From Trichinella spiralis (taxonomy: Eukaryota), in the NCBI RefSeq assembly GCF_000181795.1, contig NW_003526948.1:2844327-2905797 (forward strand): a DNA stretch of 61,471 bases, in the 5' to 3' direction. The notes under the pieces are model-generated. The model had not been told where the DNA came from. It searched no databases and saw nothing but the letters and a program-made list of their open reading frames with translations. Shown here one piece after another: positions 12,719-29,000 of the stretch. The translations under genes and the position numbers were made by a program. Position 1 is the stretch's first letter. Each line of letters starts with the position of its first letter.

Positions 12719-14626
12719 ATGCAAGCAATTTATTTGTTATTTTTTTCCCTGTTTCTTTCATTTTCACACGGTAGGTTATTGTATATTTGGGTGTTTATAA
12801 TTTGTTCTGTCAATTATAATCTAATAGGTTTTGCCGTGTTTGAAATAAGCGGAACCATCGACGTTTTCAAAAACAACGCAGTCTATGCGCATTATGGCCA
12901 AGAAGTGTCCCTTTTCTGTACGCCGAAGATTTCTCTGAGCTCTAATGAAAAACGCTTCGTGCAATGGACGATGAACAGTGTGAACATATGCGAAAGCTCT
13001 CAAGGTGTGGTCGGCGTCTGCTACTGGCGTAAGCATGATGGTGTGGAATCTTTTGCCGTGAAATTGAAAGCTGAAAAACCCATGAAACTGAGTTGCATAT
13101 ACAATCGGATGGGCCATGACGACTGGGACAACGCCACTGTTCAAATTTTCACCGGAGGCGGTAATGGAATTTATCATACTTTTCAGTCTGGCCGTGTTTG
13201 ATTCTTTTTTTTTTCTTCAATGGACTTCTAGACGGTAACCCTGTTCGAGTTTCTCCCAGCTATGTGGATTTCAACGAAAGCGACACTACAATCGAACTTG
13301 CTTGTTCGACGAATATTTCAGCTGGTGGTTTTTTATGGTACCACAACAATGAACTTCTCAGACCATCGGATAAAGTATTGAATATTAAACAATTTTATTT
13401 GTTATAAATTATAAATTCTAATTTCTTTATTAGGTACTTATTTTTACAAATGGAAGTCTAATTTTGTCTAAACCTACGTCGAAAGAAACTGGAATTTATG
13501 CGTGTATAGCGAAAAACTGGTCTGTCGGTGGGTTTGTGGAAGTTCGAGGTAGGATGAGTTTTGAATCGTTCGATTGCTTTTTGCAGTCTTATATTTTTGT
13601 GTTCCACTCAGGCAAGGCAACAATATCCGACAAACATCAAGTGAGTAAAAACATGCTGTATGGTGAAACGGCTGAGCTCAGCTGTCCAGTATACGGCTAT
13701 CCGATGCCGAACATCGTATGGAAACGTGAAAATGAGGATTTGAGTAAAAGAATAAAGAATTCAATTGCTTAGTTGTCGATTACAAATTCAACATCCGGAT
13801 GCTTGTAGCAAATGATTCTGGACGTATACATTTCGAAAGCTGCAACGGCATTGCCAACGGTACGCTAATAATCCGAGACGCCACGTACGACGATCGTGCT
13901 TCGTATACGTGCGTTGCGACCAATGAATTTGGAAGTGACAATTTCACCGTTTTGATTCGAGTGAAAGGTATTTTTATTTGTTGTGCTAATTTTTTTTTAT
14001 TTTTTATTAATTTGACCCTGATTTTTCTTTTTCAGACAAATTGGCCGCTCTTTGGCCATTTTTAGGTATCGTTACAGAGGTGGTCATTTTAATGATTGCC
14101 ATTTTTATTTTCGAAAAACGACGAACAAAGCATGAAGAGCTTGAATTGAAAGAAACCAGAGAACAGTAAGAATTAAAAGTTGTTGTTGTTGTTGTTTTTT
14201 AAATTTTACTTTTTACAATTCATTGTGATTCAGTTGATTTTTATAATATTTTAATTTTGGTGTAAAAGAAAAATAGAAAATAATAATAATAATTATTATT
14301 ATTGGGGAATGTTAGCGTAGTAATAATTAAGATTTGCATCGAATGGCGTGTGATGTTTGTTGAAATGCATGCTTGTTGCTCTTGGTTGACGAATGTTTCG
14401 CTTCACATTATTCAGCGAAAGAAATGAATGATTTTCAATTTCATTTCAACTTCGTATTCACGAATTCACTGCTGATCAAAATGGCGAAAGTAATATTTCT
14501 AACATTTTGAAGCATTCAAAATGTTCCAGTTAATGTTATCATTAACGGCATATGCAATGTTGAGTTGTTTTTCTTTTCAACATCTTTTTCTCATTATTTA
14601 GGAAAATAAAATTGACTTTTCGATAG
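12719..14626 (+). CDS. Basigin/neuroplastin-family (ZIG-1-like) type I membrane protein with three Ig domains; last exon uncertain
   Basis: Signal peptide exon 12719-12770. Three Ig domains (LFC..VQW..LSC; LACS..LWYHN..GIYACIA; LSCPVYGYPMPNIVWKRE..DRASYTCVATNEFG). The TM segment KLAALWPFLGIVTEVVILMIAIFIFEKRR carries the family-diagnostic intramembrane Glu. Donor after 14165; terminal exon is either 14416-14431 or 14602-14626. Confidence 0.85.
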
Positions 14627-17600
14627 CTTCTTCATTTTGTTTCGGGTTTTAATAGAATTGATTTGGGAAACGTTAGATGTTGAGGTTTTTTTGTTTCTAG
14701 CTTGAAATTTATTCGGTCAGTTTCGGTTTTAGAAAATTGAAATTCAAAATATATTGGTCGCAACGGATACATTTTGCAATTTATATATTGATATAGTTCT
14801 TGGTGATGTGTGTTATGCTTATTGAATGAGCGAAGCAATTTTTAAGCGGAATTTTGTCAGCTGTTGTTAAGAGATGTTGGTTTGAATTCAATCTTAGAAT
14901 CTGCGGCAGATTATTGATTGCTTGCTGAAGTTTGTTTTGAGTATGTTTAATGAAAAATAATATTGTAAATTCTATTTCATCGTTATTATTAATATATGAA
15001 TTTTTTGAATGAATTCGAAAATGGTGAAGTTCAGTGTATTTGCAATTTGTATGATAATTTGCAAAAAAAAAACAAGGAATTTTTTCAAAATTTCCATCGT
15101 AAATTATTAATTAGATGAAAATTGTTCGAGTCGATCGTGAAATGGTTGTACTGTGAAATTATTGGGTTGTGTGGAAGTTTTTGAATCGTTTTCTGTCGTG
15201 TGTTATCATCATCTTGTTTGTCGACGCTCGAATGATTCATTTCGTGCAGCAGCAGTATGATTAGCATCATCAATTGAAAGTATTGTCATCTATTTGCCAG
15301 TTTAGCATTCACAAATTTCACTCGAAGCATGCATGATATATAGAAGCAACATTTACTGAATTTCCATTTGGAAAATGAGTAATTTCGTTTCCATTTCATT
15401 CGTGAGTGAAATGTCAATTCTCCGCTTTGAAAATTAGTGGTTTCATTTTAAAAAAATGAAATGAACATCCAGCTGGAAAAATTGAATTGCACTTTCCACG
15501 ATTGTTGAAATATATTGTCGGTTGAAGATGGTTTTTATTTTATCCATTAGCGGCTTTATGTCTTCATAGCACGGTGATTCACTTATGACAAGTTTCCGGG
15601 ATGGATTTGTTCTTTCATTTTTTTTGCTGCTTCTGCTGCTGTTCTTGTTCGTCTAATTTGTTCAGTTGCACTTTCGCAAACAACCACTGATGATGATAAA
15701 GGAGACAAGCAGTGGCGGTTGAAATTGACAATTTCGTCGCTTTGCTTGTATTTAAATGAATACTTCTGATTTACTTTTCTGATCAATTGATCGATCGTTA
15801 TCTTCAACCGCCGCGAGAGTAGGACGTCATGAGCAATTTCTCAAACGCCTTTTATAACGATCAATCACCAACCCATTCTCGTCTTTCACTGATGACAGTT
15901 TTCCGATTTTCAGGTACAATTTTTCAAGGACCGTTTGGTTTTTTTTTTCTAAAAATTTTCTTTCCTTCCTTAATTATCATTTATCATTGTCAAATATAAT
16001 TAAGCAAAAAATGACAGTATGCTTTTTTTGAATGTGGATTGTAAACTGTATTTGAACTGGATTGTTGAAATTTAGTTTTTATTACAAAACTGGAAATTTA
16101 ATTTCTTCCAAATTGATCAGTTGTTGTCGTCTTGTTGTGTTATTTCTTTTCAATAACATTCTGCGTAAATGGATTTGAAAATCAGGATTTTAATTTTATT
16201 TTGTTTGTTTGGTTGGTTGTTTATTTTGTTTAACAAGCATTGAGTATGTTAAATTTGTTAATAATTAATCTGTGATCATATTGTAAGGCCGATTGTGAAG
16301 TGTTGGAAATATGCAATTGAATGATTAATGAAATTTGTATATGTATATAATTTCGATGATTATATTATTTTTTTTAATTCGTGTTATATTTAATGAATTT
16401 GTTTTAGAAAAATGACCCTGACGGCACCGAATAACAATGAAAAAGAATTGCGGCAGAGGAAGTCGTAGCCGACAGTGTGCGCGTGAGATCGATAAGTATT
16501 CTGCGTATACTTTTTTTTCTTGTCTTTCAACATAAAAAAATAATAATAAATCCATTTCCAATGGTGATAGAGAATTTCACATTTGAATTTGTCCAAAGTT
16601 TTGGGTCCGATTGTTAAACGTTTAGCGTCGTCACCACTTAAAATTTTCACCCATAATAATAATAATAATAATTGTATATAATAATTGTTCCTCTGAGGCC
16701 GGTGTTTTTCTTTTTCCTCTTCTGTCTTTTGCAACAACATCATCTTCAATGTGTGCTCTGTTTACAATATTTAAAAAAAAACATCCTGCTTTTCGTGTCT
16801 ACCCTCCGCCCCTCCCCCTGCCCCCAATTGTGTGTAGTTGAACATGTTACATGAGAATATATATATTTTTTTTACTGCTCTAACTTTGCAGTGGTTGCAT
16901 TATTGTTGTCCAAATGCAGCCGCTGATAGCTGCTAGCAGTGTTTGCGATTTGTCTGTTTTTTTCACTTTTTATCAGTGTCGCTTATTGTGTTTCTTTCCG
17001 TTCTCTAAATGCCACTGTGTTTGAGCATTATTAATGGCACATTTTGTATGCTGATAAAATACCTACGCCACAGTGAACATTCAATTTCAGCCAATCTCGG
17101 CGGTGGTACATTTCAAACGATTCGATTTATTTATTTTCTTTTTTATTAGATAAAAATAAATAAAAAATCTTCATTAGTATCGATTGATTTTGTTTTTGAA
17201 TATTTAATTTATTAGTTGTTTTCTGAAAACAAATTCCGAAACAATTTCATTCACCAGCATCGATGGTTTCACTTCCTTCAACTTGGGTATACTGTATGTA
17301 TTTTTTGAACATTCAGTTTTTCATTTCAAAAGCACTGAAAGTAAATTGTTATTGATTTTTTTACATTTTATTGCTTTGCAATGATAGAATGAACATTTTA
17401 TACGCAGATCCACCTTCCAAGAATTACTAACAAATAATTCAACCGATGACCACGTCGGTCTTCATCATTTGCAACTATAAATGAAAAGCGCCAAGTTTCG
17501 CTTATTGGTTGGTGGTTCATAACTGTTGTCTTACTGTTTGCTACACCCAATGCTGAAACAGAATTAAAATTGTTCTCCAAAAATTGCATTCAATAAAAAA

Positions 17601-17859
17601 TAAAACAACTTTACGAACATATTATTTATTATACATTGTATTAACTAAAAATTGCACTACGAGACTAAAGAAGTTTCCAAAACGCTTTGCCACAATAACA
17701 AATTTTATGTTGAAACATTTCTGCATTACATACATATATATATAGAGAGAGAGAGAGGATTAAACCAAAAATTTCACATAAAACTGTGACGAAAGTAGCT
17801 CCCAATTATAACGACAGGAGCTTGCTTTTCGTACAACCTTAACCTTTAACACGCTTTTA

Positions 17860-21653
<3,794 letters not shown>

Positions 21654-22876
21654 ATTCTACTTCCAAATTCCAAATAATAAAGGAAAAAATGTTTGTGCTA
21701 GGTACTGTACTAAATCTGATAATCATGTAGGAATATTTATTTTTTCAAATTATACATAGAAAATGTTTTAATTAATTGATTTTAATGAATAAGGTTAATT
21801 TTTATGTCTAAAATCCATTTTAGATAATTTACAATTGAAACAAGTAGTGCTTGACAATTTCAGGCGTGACCAGATTTTAAATGCAAATGTTCAAAATAAT
21901 AGAAAAATTCTTGAAAATTAATTGAGTTAATAACAGCAAAAATAGCAATAATTTTAGCAGGCATTTAATCATTGATATGGTTACTGTATTACTATAAAAA
22001 ATAATAAATCTTTTACTAAATGTGATCACGATAACCCGTTACAGTAATTCTGTTAGCATTGTAGTTGCATTTGTACACAGATGCGTTGCATAATTTAGGT
22101 ACTTTTTTTCCACTCAATAATTAGGTGTTCAAAATGGAATGAAGCTATTTATAATTTATGATAAAATGAAATGTTAAGTAAGCAAGTGAGCTGTAGTTTC
22201 AACTTTTGTAACGCGTCTTACGCTGGCGTAACTTTCTGTGATCCAGTCGACTGCATATCTTTTATCTCAACGTATTATCTTGCCTAGAGTCGCTGGTTTC
22301 CGAAGAAATGATAGTCTTACAGCAACTCATTTACCTTTCGCCATTTACATTTACATCTCATCCGCCTCATTTAGTCACTTTTATCCATGCTTATATTTGC
22401 ATTGTTAATATCTGCAGCATTCTCATGAACAACGTGCCACTGAACTTAACAGCAGAAACATTGCCGATAGGCAATTGTTTTCGAAAATGGTGTAACTTTA
22501 CTGAAAGATCGCAGTATATTAATCTTATGAATTAGACACTTTTAAAGAAACGTTTTTCTGTGTTCAGCTCATTCTTTTCAAATTGCTCCTCAACTGAAAT
22601 GATTGCATTTTTGTTTAGACGTTGCTCTTTGTAAGTTTGAAGTACTGACAATGAGATTTGCCAAATAATTAGTGTATTATTTTTTTTGTTACATTTAACT
22701 TAAGATTAGAGAAATATTACAATTGAAAAAAGTAAAATTTAAAATTTAATGTAGAAAAATAAAAAAAAATTTTTTTAATTTAATTTCAGCTTTAAAATTT
22801 ATTTTATTATAAATAAATTGAATTAGTCACGTGTACGGTAATTAGTCTGAAGATCAAAAAATGAAAAAGTATTAGA

Positions 22877-22935
22877 GCGGGAAAAAACGCCAGGCTGGCA
22901 GTCTATGACCTTGACCTCCGCCTGCGCGTGTGCGT
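22877..22935. promoter_or_regulatory. GC-richer promoter patch between divergent PRP4K and DPP genes, with a DR0 nuclear-receptor element and an E2F-like site
   Basis: TGACCTTGACCT at 22906-22917 (AGGTCAAGGTCA on the minus strand) and GCGGGAAAA at 22877-22885; the DR0 ends ~110 nt upstream of the ATG at 23029. Confidence 0.4.
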
Positions 22936-23028
22936 TCAACGCATCTCTGCTTTGTAGCTATTATTTACTCTGGTTATTCGAAATAAAGTCATGTAATCAG
23001 TGTTGGCATCTTGATTAGCTGATAGCTA

Positions 23029-26000
23029 ATGCGCAGCAAGCGCCCAGCAACGGGCACTGAATTGTACGAATTGGTCGAACAAGCCGACGCGTTACAGCAG
23101 TAATTTTTTTTTAATTTATGTTGTTTTAATATTCATTGTGGTCAGTAAAATGATCAAACTAGTCGTTCTTTTGAAATTGTGAAATATTCAAGAAATCAAG
23201 AGGCGATTTATTTAATGATGAACGTTTTATATAAAATTTCTTATTTGATTATGATCATTTTTATTGTACACTTCTTTGAATGTTTCCATTTTTATAATAG
23301 TAGTTTAGGCTGATTAATTACTCTTCAGCATCGTGAAAGTTTTGATTATATGAAAGTATTTTCAAATTTGAAATGTTGTGCAGTTGACTTCATTTCAGTA
23401 TTTTTTTCAAAAATTTCTTCAAATAATGCATTACAGACTTGTCAACTGCTTAGCTGTAAACGATCTCGAGTAATATTTTATTATTTGCGTTTAAAAATTT
23501 CAGTGTAGAATTTTTCAAAATTTCAATTCCCATATATAAAACTGTTGAATACGGAAAACCGCTTTTGTCTATAACGTGATGTGATAATTTTTTATTGAAA
23601 AAATGTTACTTGATTTTTTCAATATTATAGTTGATGATTTTTTATGACGTTGGCTTCAGAGAATGCTTCGTAAATTATATTTTGTAAGTATTTTTGAAAA
23701 TTTTCAATTATCGAAAGAATTGCATTTGTTCTATTTGGTACGTGAAACAGTATAATTTCAAAGTTTGCAATTCTTTCGGCTCTTCATTTTCTTAAAATTT
23801 TCCCAATGCATGTATTAATTTTTTTTTCGTTGATTATTTTTGAATTTTGAATTGCACAACGTATTTGAATAGGAAATAATGCCCATTTTTTAAATCATTT
23901 AGTTCCGCTTCTGAGCAAAAGACTTGAAAAGGTGAGCTTATACAGTGAATGTCATTTTCAATACAATAAATATGAAGTAAAAAATTGAAATTGTTCATTT
24001 TTTCCTCTCAGCATTATGAACAATCATTTACACGTTATTCATTTTGAAGCGTTTATTTGTGCACTAACTGTAATCAAGTCGACTGGGTTGTTTGCGTTTT
24101 CTAGAGCGTAACTTTATGCAAATTTTTTTTTCCAATCTGATAACTTTGCAGTTTCGTTTGGTGGTGTTTTCTTCTTTTACCACAAGACTGCAGTAATGAT
24201 GGTTTGCTTGAATTTTGCTAGAGCGTAACTTTATGCAAATTTTTTTTCCATTCTGATAACGTTGCAGTTTCGTTCGGTGGTGTTTTTTTTTCTTTTACTA
24301 CAAGACTGCAGTAATGATAGTTTGCTTGAATTTGATTGTTTTTTTTCTTTTCACGGATTTAAATATAAAGTGAAGTAAATATTTTATTTTTGTTTTAGCT
24401 GAAGAATATGCTTTTCCATTCAGACTGTCGAAGGCAATTAGCAAAGGCAACCCGCTTGATGGAATGGTTGAAGTAATGTGTTCAAGAATGTAAGATGGAA
24501 ATTTGAACTTGAGATATTTAACCCTTTCTGATTTTCAATTTATATTAATTGTTTTGTAGCTTAATAATTTTCTAAACCCAATTTAATTTAGTCTAATTGG
24601 GCAAAAAACGATGATGAATATAAAAATGGAGGAAAAAGAATTTTGATACGTTTGAATGAATATTTGGAAAATTATCTTTCGTTCTAAGCTGTTGCTTGTG
24701 CATAAACCACTGCTATGGGAATTCTTTGCCAGAAAATGTGTAGTGAATTGTAAAATGAAAAGAAAAAACTGAAGGATCGAAAAAAAAGTGTACGCCAAAA
24801 TTCCGGTGCAGCAGTTGTTATGCGAATAGTAGGTCGTACATTATGATGATGAGTTAAATGGATTATTTTCAGATATGCAACAGTGACAATTGTCATTGGA
24901 AGCCATTCCCAAGATTGTCTTCATATTGTATATATTTTTTTTTCTACACATCTATAAGATCTCCATGATCGGTAAGTGCAGGTTTTTGTGCACAATAAAT
25001 TATTTTTAATTTTTACATTTTTAGATGATTTTTGTTTGATTATTAATGGAAAAGAGTTTTGTGCAACTTTTGAAAGAGATATCATCTTTTGCTGTTTGGA
25101 ATGATTGGAGAAAGTATGAAGTGAGCAAAGAGAAATAAATAGTATTATTACTAATCATCTATATCAGACTGCCGCCGAGACAAATGGTATTTAAATTTGA
25201 AAGCTCATCAGGAGAAGAGCATTTGTTTGAAAATTGCCCTGATTTGTGGAAATCAATTTTTTGCATCCAATAAATGCGACGAACAAATAATGAGTGACCG
25301 TAATGTGTCAGTTTAATGATCCAAGCAGATCAGGATGCTGATTTTCAGCGTTTCAGTAAGTGCCGCCATCTCATCAACAACATTTTTATTGTTTTTCGCT
25401 TTTGTTTTTCCACTCAGCCATTTGCCGACCGCCACCATGGCCGTGTCCACTGTCAATTATATGCAGTACGACAGCTCTCCCGATGTTTGGAACTTCGACG
25501 ATCAGGAAAAAGAATTAAGCGATGTGCAACTTATGGCGGTAAGATTTTTTTAATTTGCTACTTTATTAATTTTCACTTTTGTTGAACGAGGGCATTGCAA
25601 CTGTAGGCAAACTAGTGATCAAAGGTTATTTATTTATTTACTTCTTTTTGCAATCGTAAGCTTCGACTTGCTCATCTCAACTGCATTGTCCAAATGACTT
25701 TTATTGCATTTTATCTTTTAATCTAAAAATGGCAAAATCAAATTAGTCCATCTTCAGAATTTCATACTTTTTTTTTGCTAGTTTTGTATTTTCAATTGTC
25801 TTTTTTTTCTAAATTCCCGGTATAAAAGTATTTCAAACGGTGATTTTATTGAAGAAAAACTAATTGAAAACTGAACGCAAACTTTATTTATTAATTATCA
25901 AAAATTGATTTTATTTTTCAATCAAAGTTGCTTTACAAATGAAAAAACAATAAGCTTTGATAAGTGAGGATAGTTTCCAAAATTGCAGGCAGCTTTTATA

Positions 26001-29000
26001 TTTGATTTGAAATGATCTTTTTTCTCGATATTTGAAAATGCGCTACAGTAGACTGGGATTTGTTGAATGTGACGTTCGCTGTTTGCAAAATTGAACTTGC
26101 AGTATTTTTTTTTGTTCTTTGAAAAGACAGATAGTTTATTTAATTTTTGAATGCTTTGGCAATTTTGAAGAATCATTTTTGCCGTTTGGACGAAGTTCAT
26201 TTTTAATTGCAAAATGTTGATCGATACAATTGGTTGGTCCTTTAGCCGCGTGAAATTTCATTAACAACAAGCGTTGACAATCAAAATTGCAAAATCATAC
26301 TTTTTTTAAAAATAACAATTGTTTTGTATCATGTTTCATTGGTGTTCTTGTTTTCAATTATTCGAGCATGTGGTGAAGGAAATTTTCATTCATCGTGTCG
26401 ATCATGAAGCATGTGCGTTGTTTTATACGGTGAATTAATTGTCAATTTTGGGTGAGAAATATGCAAAATTCTAGAAAAGCAATTATTTCTACTCAAGCAT
26501 GATGTCAGGATCGTGTTTTGTTATCGGCATTTTTTCAGAGCACAGAATAATTTTTATAATAATTTTGAAAATTTTGTTCCATTCAATTGTGCAATGCAGA
26601 CGTGGTTTGCTATTTTTATCTTTTTGGAAATTAATTAGTACGTCGATCCAATCGTGGTTTATCTTCTCTTCGTTGCCACCTTTTTCCTGCACTTTTACTG
26701 TTATCAAAAGAAACAATTTTAAAATCGAGTTAATTTTTCATTATTAAATTGAATAAAATTTCCATTATCTTCATTTCTAGAAAAACACGAGGTTGATCGA
26801 ATGAAGCAGTAGCAAATTATTGCACTCTTTTTTACACTACAAGTAGACTAATAATTATAATAATTTGTTCGAATGGAAAATATTGTTTTATTGTGATATT
26901 TTTTTTTCAAAAAAATGAAAAATTACTTCAAAGTGCGTATCATTCTACGCTAATATGAAATTCGTGGAGCAAACAATTTAAAATTTGTTACATGCATTAT
27001 GAACGACTTCTTGTCAGAAAATGTAGATTACTGTATTTCATGGATGTGTGAAATTTTATGATTATTTAAATTTAAAACTTTTTCATCAATCCTAAAAGCA
27101 GAAGTTTCATTTTAAATTTCAATGCTCTTTGAGTAGTAGTACTGTTTCGTATGCGTTCTCAATTTTCTTCAACATGCTGAACAAATATACGGTAATTAGC
27201 TTCTTTGTAATTTTCAAACGACTGTAAAGAAAAGTTCAATTAACATAGGAGAACTTCTATTTTTTTCTACTCTTGTAATTTGAAAACATCAAGATCTAAT
27301 ATTAGTGAGATTTAGATTATGATGTGGATATTTATTAAGATTAGTGATTTGAATTGAATGTTGACCAACAATTTTTGTGTGACCAATTCTAAGCTTTTTC
27401 ACTAGTTGAAAGTTAGCTATTGAAAATCATCGATAGCAGTATTTATCTGGGAAGATGAAATTGGTAAAATGTTGCACTGTTTCAGGAAAAAATTGTCGTT
27501 CCAATCTACTGCTTTGCTATTTGCTTATTATTATTTTCTAATTTGAATTTTTCAAAATTTGAACAACAATAAATTTTCCATATTTTTGCTTATCAGTAAT
27601 AATTGTCATGTGTAATTTGAACATTGTTTGAAAAGATGTGAAATTATTGAAATGTTTGAATTGCAAAAAAATTTTTTTCACACATTTTTTTCTCTAAAAC
27701 GTTTAGCTATTATTGCTGTTGTTTTCGAATATAATTTATGATTTGACACATGTGCATACAATTTGACAATGCGCTTCCTGTTGCTCTTGGAAGAATTGTT
27801 GAGGAAAATGTCGAGTTGTTTGTCGTCTGGAAATCTTTGTAAATTTTTGAAAATTAAATTTGCATAGGAGGGGGAGAAAAGAAGGATTTATGAAAAAATA
27901 ATTTTTTTCTTTTTCATCTACCAAATTTATCATCTGATTGTTATTTGATGGTGCGCATTTATTTTTCCAATCGCTATTGTGGTTGGTATGTGATTAAGTT
28001 TGATTTTTCACTTTTGTCGATCCGTCCAATTCCGTTCGCCATTTTAAAGTGTTGTTGTGATCGATAAATGCAAAAAATAAATAAATAAATAAATAAAACA
28101 ATAAATAAACGAATAAAATCGATAGTCCACACGCACACACGTTTCATACATTTGATCGTCGTCATCAACTTTGGGCAGTATAATCAATCGGTTTTGACTT
28201 TTTCCATAAAGTGCTTCTTCTCGACTGCATTACAATTTCTTCGCCACGTGGCAGACTGACATTTGCAAAAACAGAAATTTCGCAAATTTCTGCTCACAAA
28301 GCATCGAATGTCACCACTGGCTTGCTCCTTTTTCCAAAAATGATTAAGCCAAATTGTCTGTTGTCAATCGTTTCAAAAGCTCTAATTGATCATTGCACAA
28401 ACCGTCTTTGCAATTTATCACACAAATTTCACCATATTTTTTATTCATTTTTTAAAAATTAATTTATGAACATCACGTTGGTAAGATTTTTAAACTGTTT
28501 TATTTTTTCAATTTCTTCTGATTGGAGTCGAAGCTTTTTGTGGTTTTTTTTGCAAATTGCATTATTCTGTCTGCTTAAATGGGAAAGAAAAGCTTTGAAA
28601 AGCGTGTCTTGAATTTTTTATCGAAGCACAATAAGCTGCTACAAAAATTTGTTCAATGAATTTGAAAAAAAAGATATATTTTTCGTCTTCATTTTATATG
28701 CATAACATTAGAACATTTTTTGTTCCTTTTAATTTCAGATGTAGTTAATTTTTAATTTATGATTATGAAAATTTCTATATATATTAGTGTGTGTTGTTAT
28801 TATGGAAGCTGTTGGAGCGTTGTCATTTGCCTATGTTAGTCATTTATCATTGAAAATCGGTTTTCAATATACCGCGCATGGAAGGCAAACATTTTTCCGC
28901 TCCTCTAATCTAATCTTATCTAGGCATGTGCATTGTTGTCAGATGTTCATTTTTGAATGCGTAGTTATTATATTTTGGTTGCGCCTTTTTGGCAATATTC

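Noticed and set aside
27174..27197. Another ATG-to-GT mini exon (MLNKYT|GTAATT) in the DPP 5' region
   Set aside because: It is in phase, but very short with a mediocre donor, and is easily produced by chance.
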